Shown: positions 45,884 through 54,900, counted from the first letter of the stretch. The stretch: 62,295 nucleotides of DNA from a virus (IMGVR_UViG_3300034093_000922:1-62295), one strand, 5' to 3'. The notes: generated by a model not told the origin, from the sequence alone. A program made the numbers and translations.

Positions 45884-46177
45884 ATGGCCGAGAACTACAC
45901 AGCAGAACAAACTAAGATGTTAATTGATGCCTACGCTACTGGCATGACAGTAGAAGAACTGGCTAGCCAGCTGGACAAGCCTATTCGGTCTGTCCGCAGC
46001 AAGCTGGTGCGTGAGGGCGTGTACGTTGCACAGCCTCGCAACAAAGCAGCTAAGATTGAAGGTCCTAGCAAGAAAGAACTGCTTCGCGAGCTAGAGACAC
46101 ACGGGTATACCGTAGATGGTCTCGAAGGAGCTACCAAAGAAGCTATCGCTCGTATCATCAGTGTAGTAGCAAACTGA
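45884..46177 (+). CDS. A2-like HTH DNA-binding protein
   Basis: NYT..IRSVRSKLVREGVY..GPSKKE..GATKE. Confidence 0.7.
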   Translation: MAENYTAEQTKMLIDAYATGMTVEELASQLDKPIRSVRSKLVREGVYVAQPRNKAAKIEGPSKKELLRELETHGYTVDGLEGATKEAIARIISVVAN

Positions 46178-46190
46178 CAAGGAGTAACTG

Positions 46191-46343
46191 ATGGATCGCA
46201 CTGAACATGAATACCAATCATGGTTGACGTATCGCGCAGAGTCTGCAGCCTGCGGGTATGAGTACGTATCTTTTGCAGAGTATTCAGGTATGAATACTCA
46301 GCCTGACTACGAATTCGATCTAGATGAGGTAGAAGATAACTAA
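46191..46343 (+). CDS. Small acidic protein (50 aa, not in ORF track)
   Basis: AAGGAG RBS; MDRTEHEY..EFDLDEVEDN*. Confidence 0.6.
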   Translation: MDRTEHEYQSWLTYRAESAACGYEYVSFAEYSGMNTQPDYEFDLDEVEDN

Positions 46344-46372
46344 TACCTATTGAACTGAGTTCAACTAACCTT

Positions 46373-46399
46373 AACAGCTGCTTCGGCAGCTGTTTTTTT
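46373..46399 (+). terminator. Rho-independent terminator
   Basis: AACAGCTGC-TTCG-GCAGCTGTT followed by T run. Confidence 0.9.
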
Positions 46400-47278
46400 A
46401 TATGCGGAGATTACGAGTGCTATTCTCCGCATGATTTGCGGAGATTAACCTACCGATTCTCCGCACGCAGTCGATTCCAGCTGTGCCTAATCTGGCACCA
46501 GTGCAAAACAGAAGTACAAATTTGATTTACGTGGCTTGTAACTAGTAAGTATGTAAATGTAGTTGCTATAGCTTGTTTTTGGGTCTAGCCCCTCCCCACC
46601 CTGGTATTATATCATAGAACAACACCAATTAGCAAGGCTACAGTAGTCGAACTACGTTCGACAGCTGGATTTAGCAGTAAAATTGTGTGGTAGAGCATGC
46701 ATTCACAAGTTATTCTTCATTAAATGCCAAGAATTGACAATAAAACTTAAAATATGTGGTTTTTCGGAGAAAAACAACGTTAATGTGAATTATTATGGAT
46801 ATTGTGGCGGCACAAATAACAAAAAACAGCTGGACCATTGCTCTGGTCGGCAGCTGTTAGCGAACTACGTTCGCAAATTGATGAACAATGTTATGATGGT
46901 TAGTAGGCAAGGCAGTCACTACGTGACTACCCTGCATAAAGCACAGACGCTCCGCGCCTTGTGAAGTTAATCTAATAAGACTAACTAAGTCTCTCTCTCC
47001 GAGAGAACGGCTAAGATAAGCTATGGAACAGGGCTGAGCCAGCTTAGACACAGCTATGATCCAGCCGTGTGATCGCTGTCACAAAAAAAATACGCTGTGT
47101 GATATATTGGACGAGCTATATCAAACCCTGTAGATAAATAATAGCATGCATTGGTAAGATTTAACAATAGAAAAAGCTCAGCAATTGATTTTTTATTTAA
47201 TATTAGATGTAAATCGATGAGTCTAGGTTCGTTGTATGTATGAATTCATCTGCTTTAATTTAGAGTTTGAAACAACAT

Positions 47279-47911
47279 TTACTCTAATTTTATAAGAGCG
47301 CGATGCTCCGCTAGAGTTTTACACTGTTTTCTAAACCACCAAGTAGAGGAGCTGTGTTTATAGTTCTTGCATGTATCTTCTACTGCTTGTTTCACTTCGT
47401 GCCAGTCTAAATCGTCTCCACTCATAATCCCACCTAGTTTAAGTTTAGGATACCAAGCATTAATATCATCTACTACATCTTGGTATGAGTGAGAAGCATC
47501 AATCATAATAAACGAGATTGATCTATCCTTATATATCTTGGCAGCTTCGATCGATTTAGCCTTTACACAATTAACTACATCTGCAACCTGAGCTGCTTCA
47601 ATATTATGTTTAAAAGCAGCTAGAAAGTCTCCGCCGTGATCTTCTATAACTTTAGCATGAGGAGCGTCACTCACCTCGCTTATTTCAAATAGATCTATAG
47701 CATCGAACCTGATCAGCTTACCACTAGAACGAATAAGCGCTCCCATACCAGCAGCACTCTGGCCTAGAAAACTGCCAACTTCTACAAATACAGCTCCGTC
47801 TTCTGCGTTATTAACTACATCTCTATAAAATTCTAGAAATCGTGAGTATCCAAAAATAGCATGACCGTTAAAGCTAATATACTGTCCTGGAGCATCACTC
47901 ATCGTCATCAT
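47279..47911 (-). CDS. Class I SAM-dependent methyltransferase (Methyltransf_24-like)
   Basis: VEVGSFLGQS, IDASH.Y..V..D...W..L..GG...GDD. Confidence 0.85.
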   Translation of the reverse strand: MMTMSDAPGQYISFNGHAIFGYSRFLEFYRDVVNNAEDGAVFVEVGSFLGQSAAGMGALIRSSGKLIRFDAIDLFEISEVSDAPHAKVIEDHGGDFLAAFKHNIEAAQVADVVNCVKAKSIEAAKIYKDRSISFIMIDASHSYQDVVDDINAWYPKLKLGGIMSGDDLDWHEVKQAVEDTCKNYKHSSSTWWFRKQCKTLAEHRALIKLE

Positions 47912-48152
47912 CTCCGTAGAACACTTGTGCCATTACTGATGCTTTGGCACACTCTAGTAGCCAAACGATATTCTTAGCATCGCTGTTGCTATAGTCTATA
48001 TACTGAAGTCCGTCTGGAGTAGTGCCAATAATAAGCACATCTACAGTCTTGCCTATAGCACGATTTAGTACTACATCTGCGTCTACATTGTCTGTAACGT
48101 TTTGTAGTCGTATAGATTGGTTAAATGCAATAATATTATTACTTTGTGTCAT
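47895..48152 (-). CDS. Hypothetical protein
   Basis: VL..A......V.I.G....G..WLLE.AK pattern. Confidence 0.6.
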   Translation of the reverse strand: MTQSNNIIAFNQSIRLQNVTDNVDADVVLNRAIGKTVDVLIIGTTPDGLQYIDYSNSDAKNIVWLLECAKASVMAQVFYGDDDDE

Positions 48153-48739
48153 TTTATATCCTTAGTAAATATATAGTATAGCTCATCAGCTAACTGTTCG
48201 TTTTGTTGTTTAGTGAAGTGGTTTGCAACTTCATCGTCTGAGTAATTCCCAGGAACTGTTCGCAGACTATTTAGAGGACCTAGTTGATGAGCAATGCCTG
48301 ATGTCCAATCATACCAGTTATGAAAACTATTAAGATGTATGCACTTATGTTTGTACTTAGACAGAACTGCATTATCAAACCAATAGCAGTCTCTTTGAAA
48401 TCTTTCAATAGCATATTCTGTATCGTGTAGATATTTATAGTATAAATCAGCTACAGCATAGATGCGTAGCTCTTTTTTATATCTATCAGCACGAGCCATA
48501 TTTATAGGGTACTTTGGATGCCACAATCGATGAGGCTCTGTCCAACAAAAAACTGTATAGTCTGCTGTATCAACAAAAGACTGAATAGCATTTTCATGAG
48601 CTGTTCCGCTTTTACCAAGACCTATAATTTTAGCATCAAGCTGTTTAGCGAGTAGAGTGGTCCAAGCTACGTCAGGATAATCTCCTACAGTCCCACCTGT
48701 TTTACAAAACGAATCTCCGCAGTAGTTTATTGTTTTCAT
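48149..48739 (-). CDS. SGNH-like hypothetical protein
   Basis: GDSF..W..LA..G..G..WTEP.R..NH....N...A. Confidence 0.55.
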   Translation of the reverse strand: MKTINYCGDSFCKTGGTVGDYPDVAWTTLLAKQLDAKIIGLGKSGTAHENAIQSFVDTADYTVFCWTEPHRLWHPKYPINMARADRYKKELRIYAVADLYYKYLHDTEYAIERFQRDCYWFDNAVLSKYKHKCIHLNSFHNWYDWTSGIAHQLGPLNSLRTVPGNYSDDEVANHFTKQQNEQLADELYYIFTKDIK

Positions 48740-48860
48740 CTCGTCTTCATTCCATAAGGCCAGACACCTTCAGCTTTCCAATGCTTATTGTTATAATAGC
48801 AGCTAAGTAGACATAGCATAGGTGAGTAACCTTGATGCCTTAGTACTTTATACCAACTAA

Positions 48861-49172
48861 TCATTTAACTATTTTCCAATTACGAATAGTTTCAATCTTC
48901 TTCTGTTCAGTCCAGTGAGCAAGATAGTCATTATCAGCATCAAACTTACTAAGCATCTGCTCTTCAGTATAAATCTCTGCATCAATAATATTTTCACCAA
49001 TCCAGTGTTGCGAGAATTCTTCTACTTCGCCACAGGTAACGCAATCGTTAGCCCACTCAATCTCACGGCCTTCGACAGGAACCTCAGTGTTTAGCTTTTG
49101 CAGCTCATCAACAGGAATGCAGTAACGCATACGTTGAGACGAGATAGCAGTCACGATTACATATTTGGTCAT
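48861..49172 (-). CDS. Conserved phage hypothetical protein
   Basis: RMRY..WA.D.V..EFSQ..IGE.I. Confidence 0.6.
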   Translation of the reverse strand: MTKYVIVTAISSQRMRYCIPVDELQKLNTEVPVEGREIEWANDCVTCGEVEEFSQHWIGENIIDAEIYTEEQMLSKFDADNDYLAHWTEQKKIETIRNWKIVK

Positions 49173-49173
49173 A

Positions 49174-49446
49174 TCAATACTCCGGTCCCGATGTTTTGTT
49201 TGTACTTGTATATATAGCCAGCACTGCGAGAGCAGCGCGAATGGCTCGACCTACCACTACATTAAAAGATACGTCCTTTCCCGCTGCATCCTCGGCGGCA
49301 TCAACCATCGCATCAAACACAGGACCACGTTCATTCAGTATAGTCTCGAGTGCGGCTATTCCCGCCTTGTCGAGTTTGGCTTCGGCGACCAAAGCACGAT
49401 TAGCCCATTCTTCTTTAGTAGCGGCTTCAATTCGGTAGTCACTCAT
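49174..49446 (-). CDS. Hypothetical protein (AEAKL.KA family)
   Basis: GAGGAG RBS; ATGA overlap. Confidence 0.55.
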   Translation of the reverse strand: MSDYRIEAATKEEWANRALVAEAKLDKAGIAALETILNERGPVFDAMVDAAEDAAGKDVSFNVVVGRAIRAALAVLAIYTSTNKTSGPEY

Positions 49447-49643
49447 GGCTCATACAACTCCTCTTTGTTAGCGTCCCACACCGCTTCAAACTCCCTTTGC
49501 AATTTTCCTAGTTCAGCCCACGTTGATGCACCTGTTGGTCGCCAGTGCTCACACATTGTGCCGATCCAGTTTGTTCGAATGCACTTGCAGGGCTGGTGGC
49601 GACAAACCCCATAATGCTCGTCTAAATATGCCTTAAGGTTCAG
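49443..49643 (-). CDS. Hypothetical Cys-containing protein (possible CTG start)
   Basis: AAGGAG-7nt-CTG in frame with the C..PCKC..CEHW ORF. Confidence 0.4.
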   Translation of the reverse strand: MNLKAYLDEHYGVCRHQPCKCIRTNWIGTMCEHWRPTGASTWAELGKLQREFEAVWDANKEELYEP

Positions 49644-49878
49644 GTGTTTGCTCCTTCCCTTTGCCGAAAAAGTCCACCGCCTTGGCGAGTTTGGCTTCGA
49701 TTGTGTTGATGTGATCAACAAGCACTCGGTCTGACTTTGCATAGGCAGCGCAGTATCTCTCCAACTGTTTGATGCGGTCGGCGGCTTCTCTGAACAGTAA
49801 GTTATCTAACAAGTCTTGTTCTGTCACCCAAAGTCTTTGTGATCTATCTCGCAGTCGATAGTGCAGATCGTCACTCAT
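49633..49878 (-). CDS. Hypothetical protein (AADRI.QLE/EAKLAKA family)
   Basis: MSDDL..RLR..EAADRIKQLE..EAKLAKA. Confidence 0.6.
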   Translation of the reverse strand: MSDDLHYRLRDRSQRLWVTEQDLLDNLLFREAADRIKQLERYCAAYAKSDRVLVDHINTIEAKLAKAVDFFGKGKEQTPEP

Positions 49879-50294
49879 TCCCCGCCCTCCAGTTCAGCCA
49901 GCACGGTGCTGGCAATTCGTGCTTCGGCGTTTTGCGTCCAGCCTTGATCCCAAGAAAAGTGTTTGTGATCCGCAATCTTACGCAGCCCTGCCATCGCCTT
50001 GGCAAGTTTGGCTTCGGCTTTCATGCGTTTACCAACTTGATCCCTCGCAAGAGTAATCATGGCTGAGTGTCCATCAATATCGATAGACGATAAACCAGCT
50101 AGACCTTCCGCCATCTTGCGTTTGCTACGTTCTTCATCCCGCTCACGCTCCAACTGTTCGATGTAGTCGAGGACTTGTTTTGCTGATAGTGTATCGTCTG
50201 TTGGGCAGTTGGGCCAGTTTTCCCAAAAAGTTTCATCTCCCAGCCCAGCATCAACCCACGATTGGCAAACCCGCTTGATCAGATCATCACTCAT
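49875..50294 (-). CDS. Hypothetical protein (same family)
   Basis: MSDDLIKR..IEQLERE..AEAKLAKA..VLAELE. Confidence 0.6.
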   Translation of the reverse strand: MSDDLIKRVCQSWVDAGLGDETFWENWPNCPTDDTLSAKQVLDYIEQLERERDEERSKRKMAEGLAGLSSIDIDGHSAMITLARDQVGKRMKAEAKLAKAMAGLRKIADHKHFSWDQGWTQNAEARIASTVLAELEGGE

Positions 50295-50305
50295 TTTTTT
50301 CTCCA

Positions 50306-51121
50306 TTACATAAATCCCCACTCAATGTCAGATTCGTGATAGTTACTCTTAGCCAGATTTTCAGCAGCAGGTAAGTACTGAAGATTATTTAGTACATGAA
50401 ACCCACAAACATACTTGCCTTTAAGCGGTACTATATGGTCTACATGATAACCTTCAGGGCAATTCTTATAAAAATCAATAGTAGCTTGTGTATCAGCCCA
50501 GATAGGTATTGCTTGCTCTTTACGACGAATACGTAATGTAGCCCTAGCCAATTTATCAGGAAACTGACACTCTTTACACTGTGAATGCGCGTATTCTTTA
50601 CTAGTGTAGAAGTTATCTAAACTTTTTACTAAAGAACAAGCATTACAATAGTGCCAATTTTTTTTATTCAGTAACCAGTTGAAGTTTTTACTATTTGCTG
50701 GTTTATCAGGAAATACTTTACAGATAAATCTAGCACCTGTTTTATTACAAGAAAATCCTAGATTAGTAGGTACATTACCTAGTAAGGACATAGCTACTAG
50801 TAGCTTCTGCTTATCTATATTTTTTCTATTTGTAGGTATTTTATAGCCAAACTCGGTAAAACAAATATCTAGGGCTTCATATAGTGTATAAGTATTTCCA
50901 GCTGTTTCGTGCTTTATAACTTTTGTAAAACCTGCTTTTTGACAAGCAACTCCCCAAGAACCGAATCTACGTTTAATAGTGGATAGTCCTGGGTAGCCAT
51001 TGTTTACTGTAGAGAAGTCGGATAATTTAGGATACCCGTTATTATTACTAGCTGACTGTTGCAAGTAACTTACTAGCTCTTCATCAGTAAATGAGTATTG
51101 AAATCTGTTTATTTTATTCAT
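50306..51121 (-). CDS. HNH homing endonuclease with N-terminal HNH-associated repeat
   Basis: P...TI.RRFGSW..A...AG; C..C..C..C; [19 protein letters not shown]....N..KSN. Confidence 0.85.
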   Translation of the reverse strand: MNKINRFQYSFTDEELVSYLQQSASNNNGYPKLSDFSTVNNGYPGLSTIKRRFGSWGVACQKAGFTKVIKHETAGNTYTLYEALDICFTEFGYKIPTNRKNIDKQKLLVAMSLLGNVPTNLGFSCNKTGARFICKVFPDKPANSKNFNWLLNKKNWHYCNACSLVKSLDNFYTSKEYAHSQCKECQFPDKLARATLRIRRKEQAIPIWADTQATIDFYKNCPEGYHVDHIVPLKGKYVCGFHVLNNLQYLPAAENLAKSNYHESDIEWGFM

Positions 51122-51170
51122 AGTATGCTCCCTATATAAAGAGCATACTATGAAAGTAACCCCAAGTCAA
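51117..51170 (-). promoter_or_regulatory. HNH promoter (TTGACT-17-TATGCT) overlapping a 14-bp RBS/AUG-sequestering hairpin
   Basis: 51117-51130 is complementary to 51141-51154. Confidence 0.75.
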
Positions 51171-51179
51171 CTAAAATTA

Positions 51180-51998
51180 CTATCCAAACCATTTAGATTC
51201 GCAAATTGGGCCTACACCCCTAGCAATACTAGTTTTATCTGTAAGAGCACGACCACAGCATGCACAATGTCCTGTCTTCTGCCCGTAGCGAATTGCAGCA
51301 TCACGAGGACTTTGTGCAATTACTGATAGTGCAGTTTTGTGCTCATCTGTAGCATCACGGCTAGCAAAGAACTGCTGATCTACAACTTTACCGATATACT
51401 GATCTTCATCAGTCTTAACGTACAGCGCTCCAGCATTAGCTCCAGTTGCAGGGGCAAGGCTGATCTTCAGACCTTCTGCACGGTAGATAGGGCGTTTATA
51501 GCCTTTGTCACGAGCGTGAGCAAACATTGAAACGATTAATCTAAGGTCTACCGATGGAGCCTCAGCTGCACGTTGAGCACGGCGTTCTTCCATGCGAGCA
51601 ACCATACCCTGAATGGCAAGAACCTGCTTCTCGCTCCAAGCACGACCTGCATTGTGCTGTTCTGCTAGTGAAGCTGACAGCTCATTCCAGCTTGCCATAG
51701 CAAACACCTGATCGAAAATCGGAGTAGCTGCATTTAGCGCTTGAGCAGAGGCAATAGCTGCTTGCTTCTTGGTTGCACGCTGGACTCTAGCCTTTTCTAG
51801 CTTACGCGGATCGGTTTTGAAGTACCCTTTACCGCGACAAGCAAAGCAGTTAGTTTTTTCTTGATGAACACGAACGCCAGAGTAGACGCCTGTGCCAGCG
51901 CACTGACCGCAGGGAAACTGCTTTTCAGTAGTTTTCTTAAGCGGAATCGGAGCGGTGTCTTCAACCAAGGTGTCAATAAAGCTGTTCCAGTCACTCAT
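51180..51998 (-). CDS. Zinc-finger protein with DUF6011-like C-terminus
   Basis: C..C.G.G..CF.C.G.G; C..CGR.LTD..S..RG.GP.C. Confidence 0.75.
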   Translation of the reverse strand: MSDWNSFIDTLVEDTAPIPLKKTTEKQFPCGQCAGTGVYSGVRVHQEKTNCFACRGKGYFKTDPRKLEKARVQRATKKQAAIASAQALNAATPIFDQVFAMASWNELSASLAEQHNAGRAWSEKQVLAIQGMVARMEERRAQRAAEAPSVDLRLIVSMFAHARDKGYKRPIYRAEGLKISLAPATGANAGALYVKTDEDQYIGKVVDQQFFASRDATDEHKTALSVIAQSPRDAAIRYGQKTGHCACCGRALTDKTSIARGVGPICESKWFG

Positions 51999-52081
51999 CG
52001 CGCATACCCCTCATCTTTAGTTAAATTCACAATATATTAATAATATATATAATTGAGCAGCAAGAGTCAACAGTTAAACGT

Positions 52082-52106
52082 AAAAAAAGGCAGCCTAAGC
52101 TGCCTT
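52082..52106 (-). terminator. Rho-independent terminator
   Basis: AAGGCAGC-TTAG-GCTGCCTT followed by T run on minus strand. Confidence 0.8.
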
Positions 52107-52129
52107 AATCTTCAGTTAGTGTCAGCTCT

Positions 52130-52981
52130 TCACTTCATGTTCATAAACGGAACAGTAGATCCAGGGATCATTGTAGTTGGCAGCTTACCGTCCCACTTTT
52201 CAGCCTGAGTTAGCGCGATTAGACCAGCATTATCACGAAGGGCTTCGCTCTTAGCTTTGATTGCAGCAGCTTCTGCATCGCCCTGAATACGAGTGGCTTC
52301 GGCAGAAGCCTTAGCCTCTGCTAGTTTAGAGTCAGCAGCAGCTTGGGCTTTAATCACAGTAATCTCAGCAGAGATCTTTTCACGTTCAGCGTTCTGCTTA
52401 ACCTTTTGCACTTCTACTTCTGCTTCCATTCGAGCAGCAATAGCGTTTTCATAGCCATCGTCAAAGTCAATGTTTTCAATCTGCACAGACTCAATAATGA
52501 TTGGTCCCTTAACAGCAGTCATCAACTCGTTAGTAGCTTCAGTAACAAGTCGACCTCGCTCATTGATTGCAGTAACAGCAGCAAAACGACCAAACACATT
52601 CTTCACAGCTTGTAGAACCTGACGATCCAGCACACGGTTTACAACTCCTTCTGCTCCGCCATACTCCCCGTAGATAGTCTCAACTTGATCAGCGGGTAGA
52701 CGATAGTTTACAGATACAAACAAAACAGCAGTTTGTTGATCTTTTGAGTAGGCCTGAACAGCCTCATAAGTGCGAGCCTGAGACTGCACACTAATATCAA
52801 CAACAGAATCGATAATAGGCATCTTGAATCCAAGACCAGGCTCGGAAGTGCCTACAACAGCGCCGTTACGCAGCTGTACACCGCGATAACCTTCGTCTAC
52901 AGTATACCATGACCCCCCAAGAACAGTCAGTGCAACAAGACCAGCAACAACAGCGACACTAGTTCCAACGATAGCATTCAT
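52130..52981 (-). CDS. SPFH/Band 7 (prohibitin-like) protein
   Basis: N-terminal TM, YTVDEG.RGV..G..EPGL.FK.P, AE-rich coiled coil, EKWDG.LP. Confidence 0.9.
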   Translation of the reverse strand: MNAIVGTSVAVVAGLVALTVLGGSWYTVDEGYRGVQLRNGAVVGTSEPGLGFKMPIIDSVVDISVQSQARTYEAVQAYSKDQQTAVLFVSVNYRLPADQVETIYGEYGGAEGVVNRVLDRQVLQAVKNVFGRFAAVTAINERGRLVTEATNELMTAVKGPIIIESVQIENIDFDDGYENAIAARMEAEVEVQKVKQNAEREKISAEITVIKAQAAADSKLAEAKASAEATRIQGDAEAAAIKAKSEALRDNAGLIALTQAEKWDGKLPTTMIPGSTVPFMNMK

Positions 52982-53214
52982 TCTATTTTTCCTTACATAA
53001 TTTTCATATTGTTTCACAGCAGCGTAATATTCGCCACGAGTATTGTAGTCTCCCCTATGAGGCTCATACCTCAGTCTTGTCCTCAGAGTTAGGTTTTGTA
53101 GTATTCATAGGCTTAAAGGTAATGTTTCGCACTACCCAAGAAGCTCCAGCAGCAAAGATTGCAGCAACCACAATCATACCTAACATTGCATAGATAGCCA
53201 TCTTTAATTATCCT

Positions 53215-53754
53215 TTAATCCCAGAGTGCTTCATAGTATTTACCGAACAATCTAAATCCATTGTTCATACGAGTCTGACGATATTTATAGTCATCATCAT
53301 AAGAATAGTCACATTCAGCTTTCCGTTCGAACGCCCAGATCATCTCGTCAAGCACATAAGCCCAACGTTTCTCAATCAAGCTGTCGTGGTCTGGATCGTC
53401 TGTGACGGGATGCTGCAGATTTTCTGGAACATCGTCGTTGTCGACATATGCTGAACCGTGCTTGTGTTCTTTGAGCTTCTTCAACATAGGTGAAATGATA
53501 TGTGCAAGAGTATCATCCATACTCCAAATATCATAGTCATCAATACGGATCTTGATCTTTTGTTCGGGTAACTTATCAAGAATTTTATTGATAGTAGCAT
53601 TGTAAACAGCTAGCAAGAAAGACTCGACCTTCTCTAGAAAACGTTCAAATTTATTGTGATTATTGTGCCAATCACAGTTATACTTACGATTCATATATCT
53701 GTGATGGATTGCGCTAACCCAACGATAACTGTATGGTCCGATGTATACTTTCAT
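53215..53754 (-). CDS. Conserved phage hypothetical protein
   Basis: I.ID.YD.WSMD.TLA.II.PML..RW..VLDEMIWAFE..GFRLFGKY. Confidence 0.7.
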   Translation of the reverse strand: MKVYIGPYSYRWVSAIHHRYMNRKYNCDWHNNHNKFERFLEKVESFLLAVYNATINKILDKLPEQKIKIRIDDYDIWSMDDTLAHIISPMLKKLKEHKHGSAYVDNDDVPENLQHPVTDDPDHDSLIEKRWAYVLDEMIWAFERKAECDYSYDDDYKYRQTRMNNGFRLFGKYYEALWD

Positions 53755-54278
53755 TTCGCACTTCCTATATTGCTACTACCGCCAAAATAAGGACCGGTAT
53801 CCCCTACGGAGATTGTACCGGTGATTGTGCCGCTCCATGTATGTACAAAGGTGGGGCACTGTTGGTCAGAGCAAACATAGCCCATTACACCATCTAAACT
53901 AATACCACACTTTGAGCAGCTGCGAATACCTGGCCATGGATTTGGCGTGTACGGTGCTGGCCACGGTTTTGGATAGGTAAACGGATTATCTTTAGTAGGA
54001 TACTTGATGTGAGGAGGAGCGTTTCTGATAGGATAAGGAATGCCTTCAGAAGGCAGCTTAACATCGTTTAGCTTCTTATCATGCTCTACAGCCGTTTCTG
54101 CTTCTTTTTTACCCGCTAGCTCGTTTGCATGTTTAAACCCTGCATTGTATGCAGCAGCCAACCAATCTTTACCAGTTCCACCATCTTCTGAATTTGACAT
54201 CCAGTCTTCAAACCTAGCTCCTCGTGTAGAGAAACCTTCAATCTCATTGTACCATTCATCAAACGTCATTCCATGCAA
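53751..54278 (-). CDS. Hypothetical protein
   Basis: ORF in operon; C..CG..YVC...CP. Confidence 0.55.
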   Translation of the reverse strand: MHGMTFDEWYNEIEGFSTRGARFEDWMSNSEDGGTGKDWLAAAYNAGFKHANELAGKKEAETAVEHDKKLNDVKLPSEGIPYPIRNAPPHIKYPTKDNPFTYPKPWPAPYTPNPWPGIRSCSKCGISLDGVMGYVCSDQQCPTFVHTWSGTITGTISVGDTGPYFGGSSNIGSAK

Positions 54279-54439
54279 TTCCCACTAATATATTGTTTGC
54301 CTGCTTCGATGCAGGTAGTGTAGCGGTCTTGGTCTCTGATTTCGTCTTGAGTAATCATATAACCAACCCCAAACAAAAACAAGCCGCATAGTGCCACTAT
54401 TAGAAGCACATCCATATGGTTATCAAGAAGATTTAACAT
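54266..54439 (-). CDS. Small membrane protein
   Basis: TM helix then C...G..Y..G.C. Confidence 0.5.
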   Translation of the reverse strand: MLNLLDNHMDVLLIVALCGLFLFGVGYMITQDEIRDQDRYTTCIEAGKQYISGNCME

Positions 54440-54608
54440 AATACCATTTAACTCCAAAAAAGAATTCCTGCATTTTTCTATTGAACCATTTTGGTTCTCT
54501 ATCTTTAGGCGGTCGATACGCCACTGAACCCGCAAGGTTAGATGGATCGCCGATGAGATAACAGACCCAATCTGAGAGCGGTTGTGGAGTACTTACCTCA
54601 TATTCCAT
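54423..54608 (-). CDS. Hypothetical protein
   Basis: S.W.CY..P..P.WF.R.MQ..FFG.KW. Confidence 0.55.
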   Translation of the reverse strand: MEYEVSTPQPLSDWVCYLIGDPSNLAGSVAYRPPKDREPKWFNRKMQEFFFGVKWYYVKSS

Positions 54609-54900
54609 TTTCCCTCTCCCATTTCTCCGCTTTACCCAATAAAAAGATAGCATTAATAATCTTCATTGTTATAGCACTAGGACTTTTATCTGTCGGGTCC
54701 ATAAGAAAATCTAGTGCTTCTCTAGTTTGTTTTCGAAATGTTTTACCTTGCTGTTCTAGCAAGAAGATATAGTACGCTGCTGTTGCTGGAATAAAATCCA
54801 CCATTGAACAATTCATCTTATCAGCTCTAGGTTTAATCTCATTGAGTATAAACTTGGCATATTTGCTATTAGTTCCTGCGTCAATCAAAACGTCAATCAT
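54598..54900 (-). CDS. Hypothetical protein
   Basis: ORF in operon. Confidence 0.5.
   Translation of the reverse strand: MIDVLIDAGTNSKYAKFILNEIKPRADKMNCSMVDFIPATAAYYIFLLEQQGKTFRKQTREALDFLMDPTDKSPSAITMKIINAIFLLGKAEKWERENGI

Larger units (their letters stand above)
35460..47200. other. Putative T5-like first-step-transfer / long terminal repeat region
   Basis: Strand switch, higher GC, many promoters, A2-like and HAD genes, repeat-rich distal zone; boundaries approximate. Confidence 0.6.

Noticed and set aside
45394-47051. ORFs 45394..45576, 45532..45777, 46683..46964, 46857..47051 and 35674..36054
   Set aside because: They run through non-coding repeats, lack an SD and have non-protein-like composition.
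47068-47083. TGTGA-N6-TCACA CRP-like box (and GTGACA-N4-TGTCAC at about 37544 as matS/CRP)
   Set aside because: Single occurrence with no linked promoter. The second has the wrong spacing and is better explained as a hairpin.
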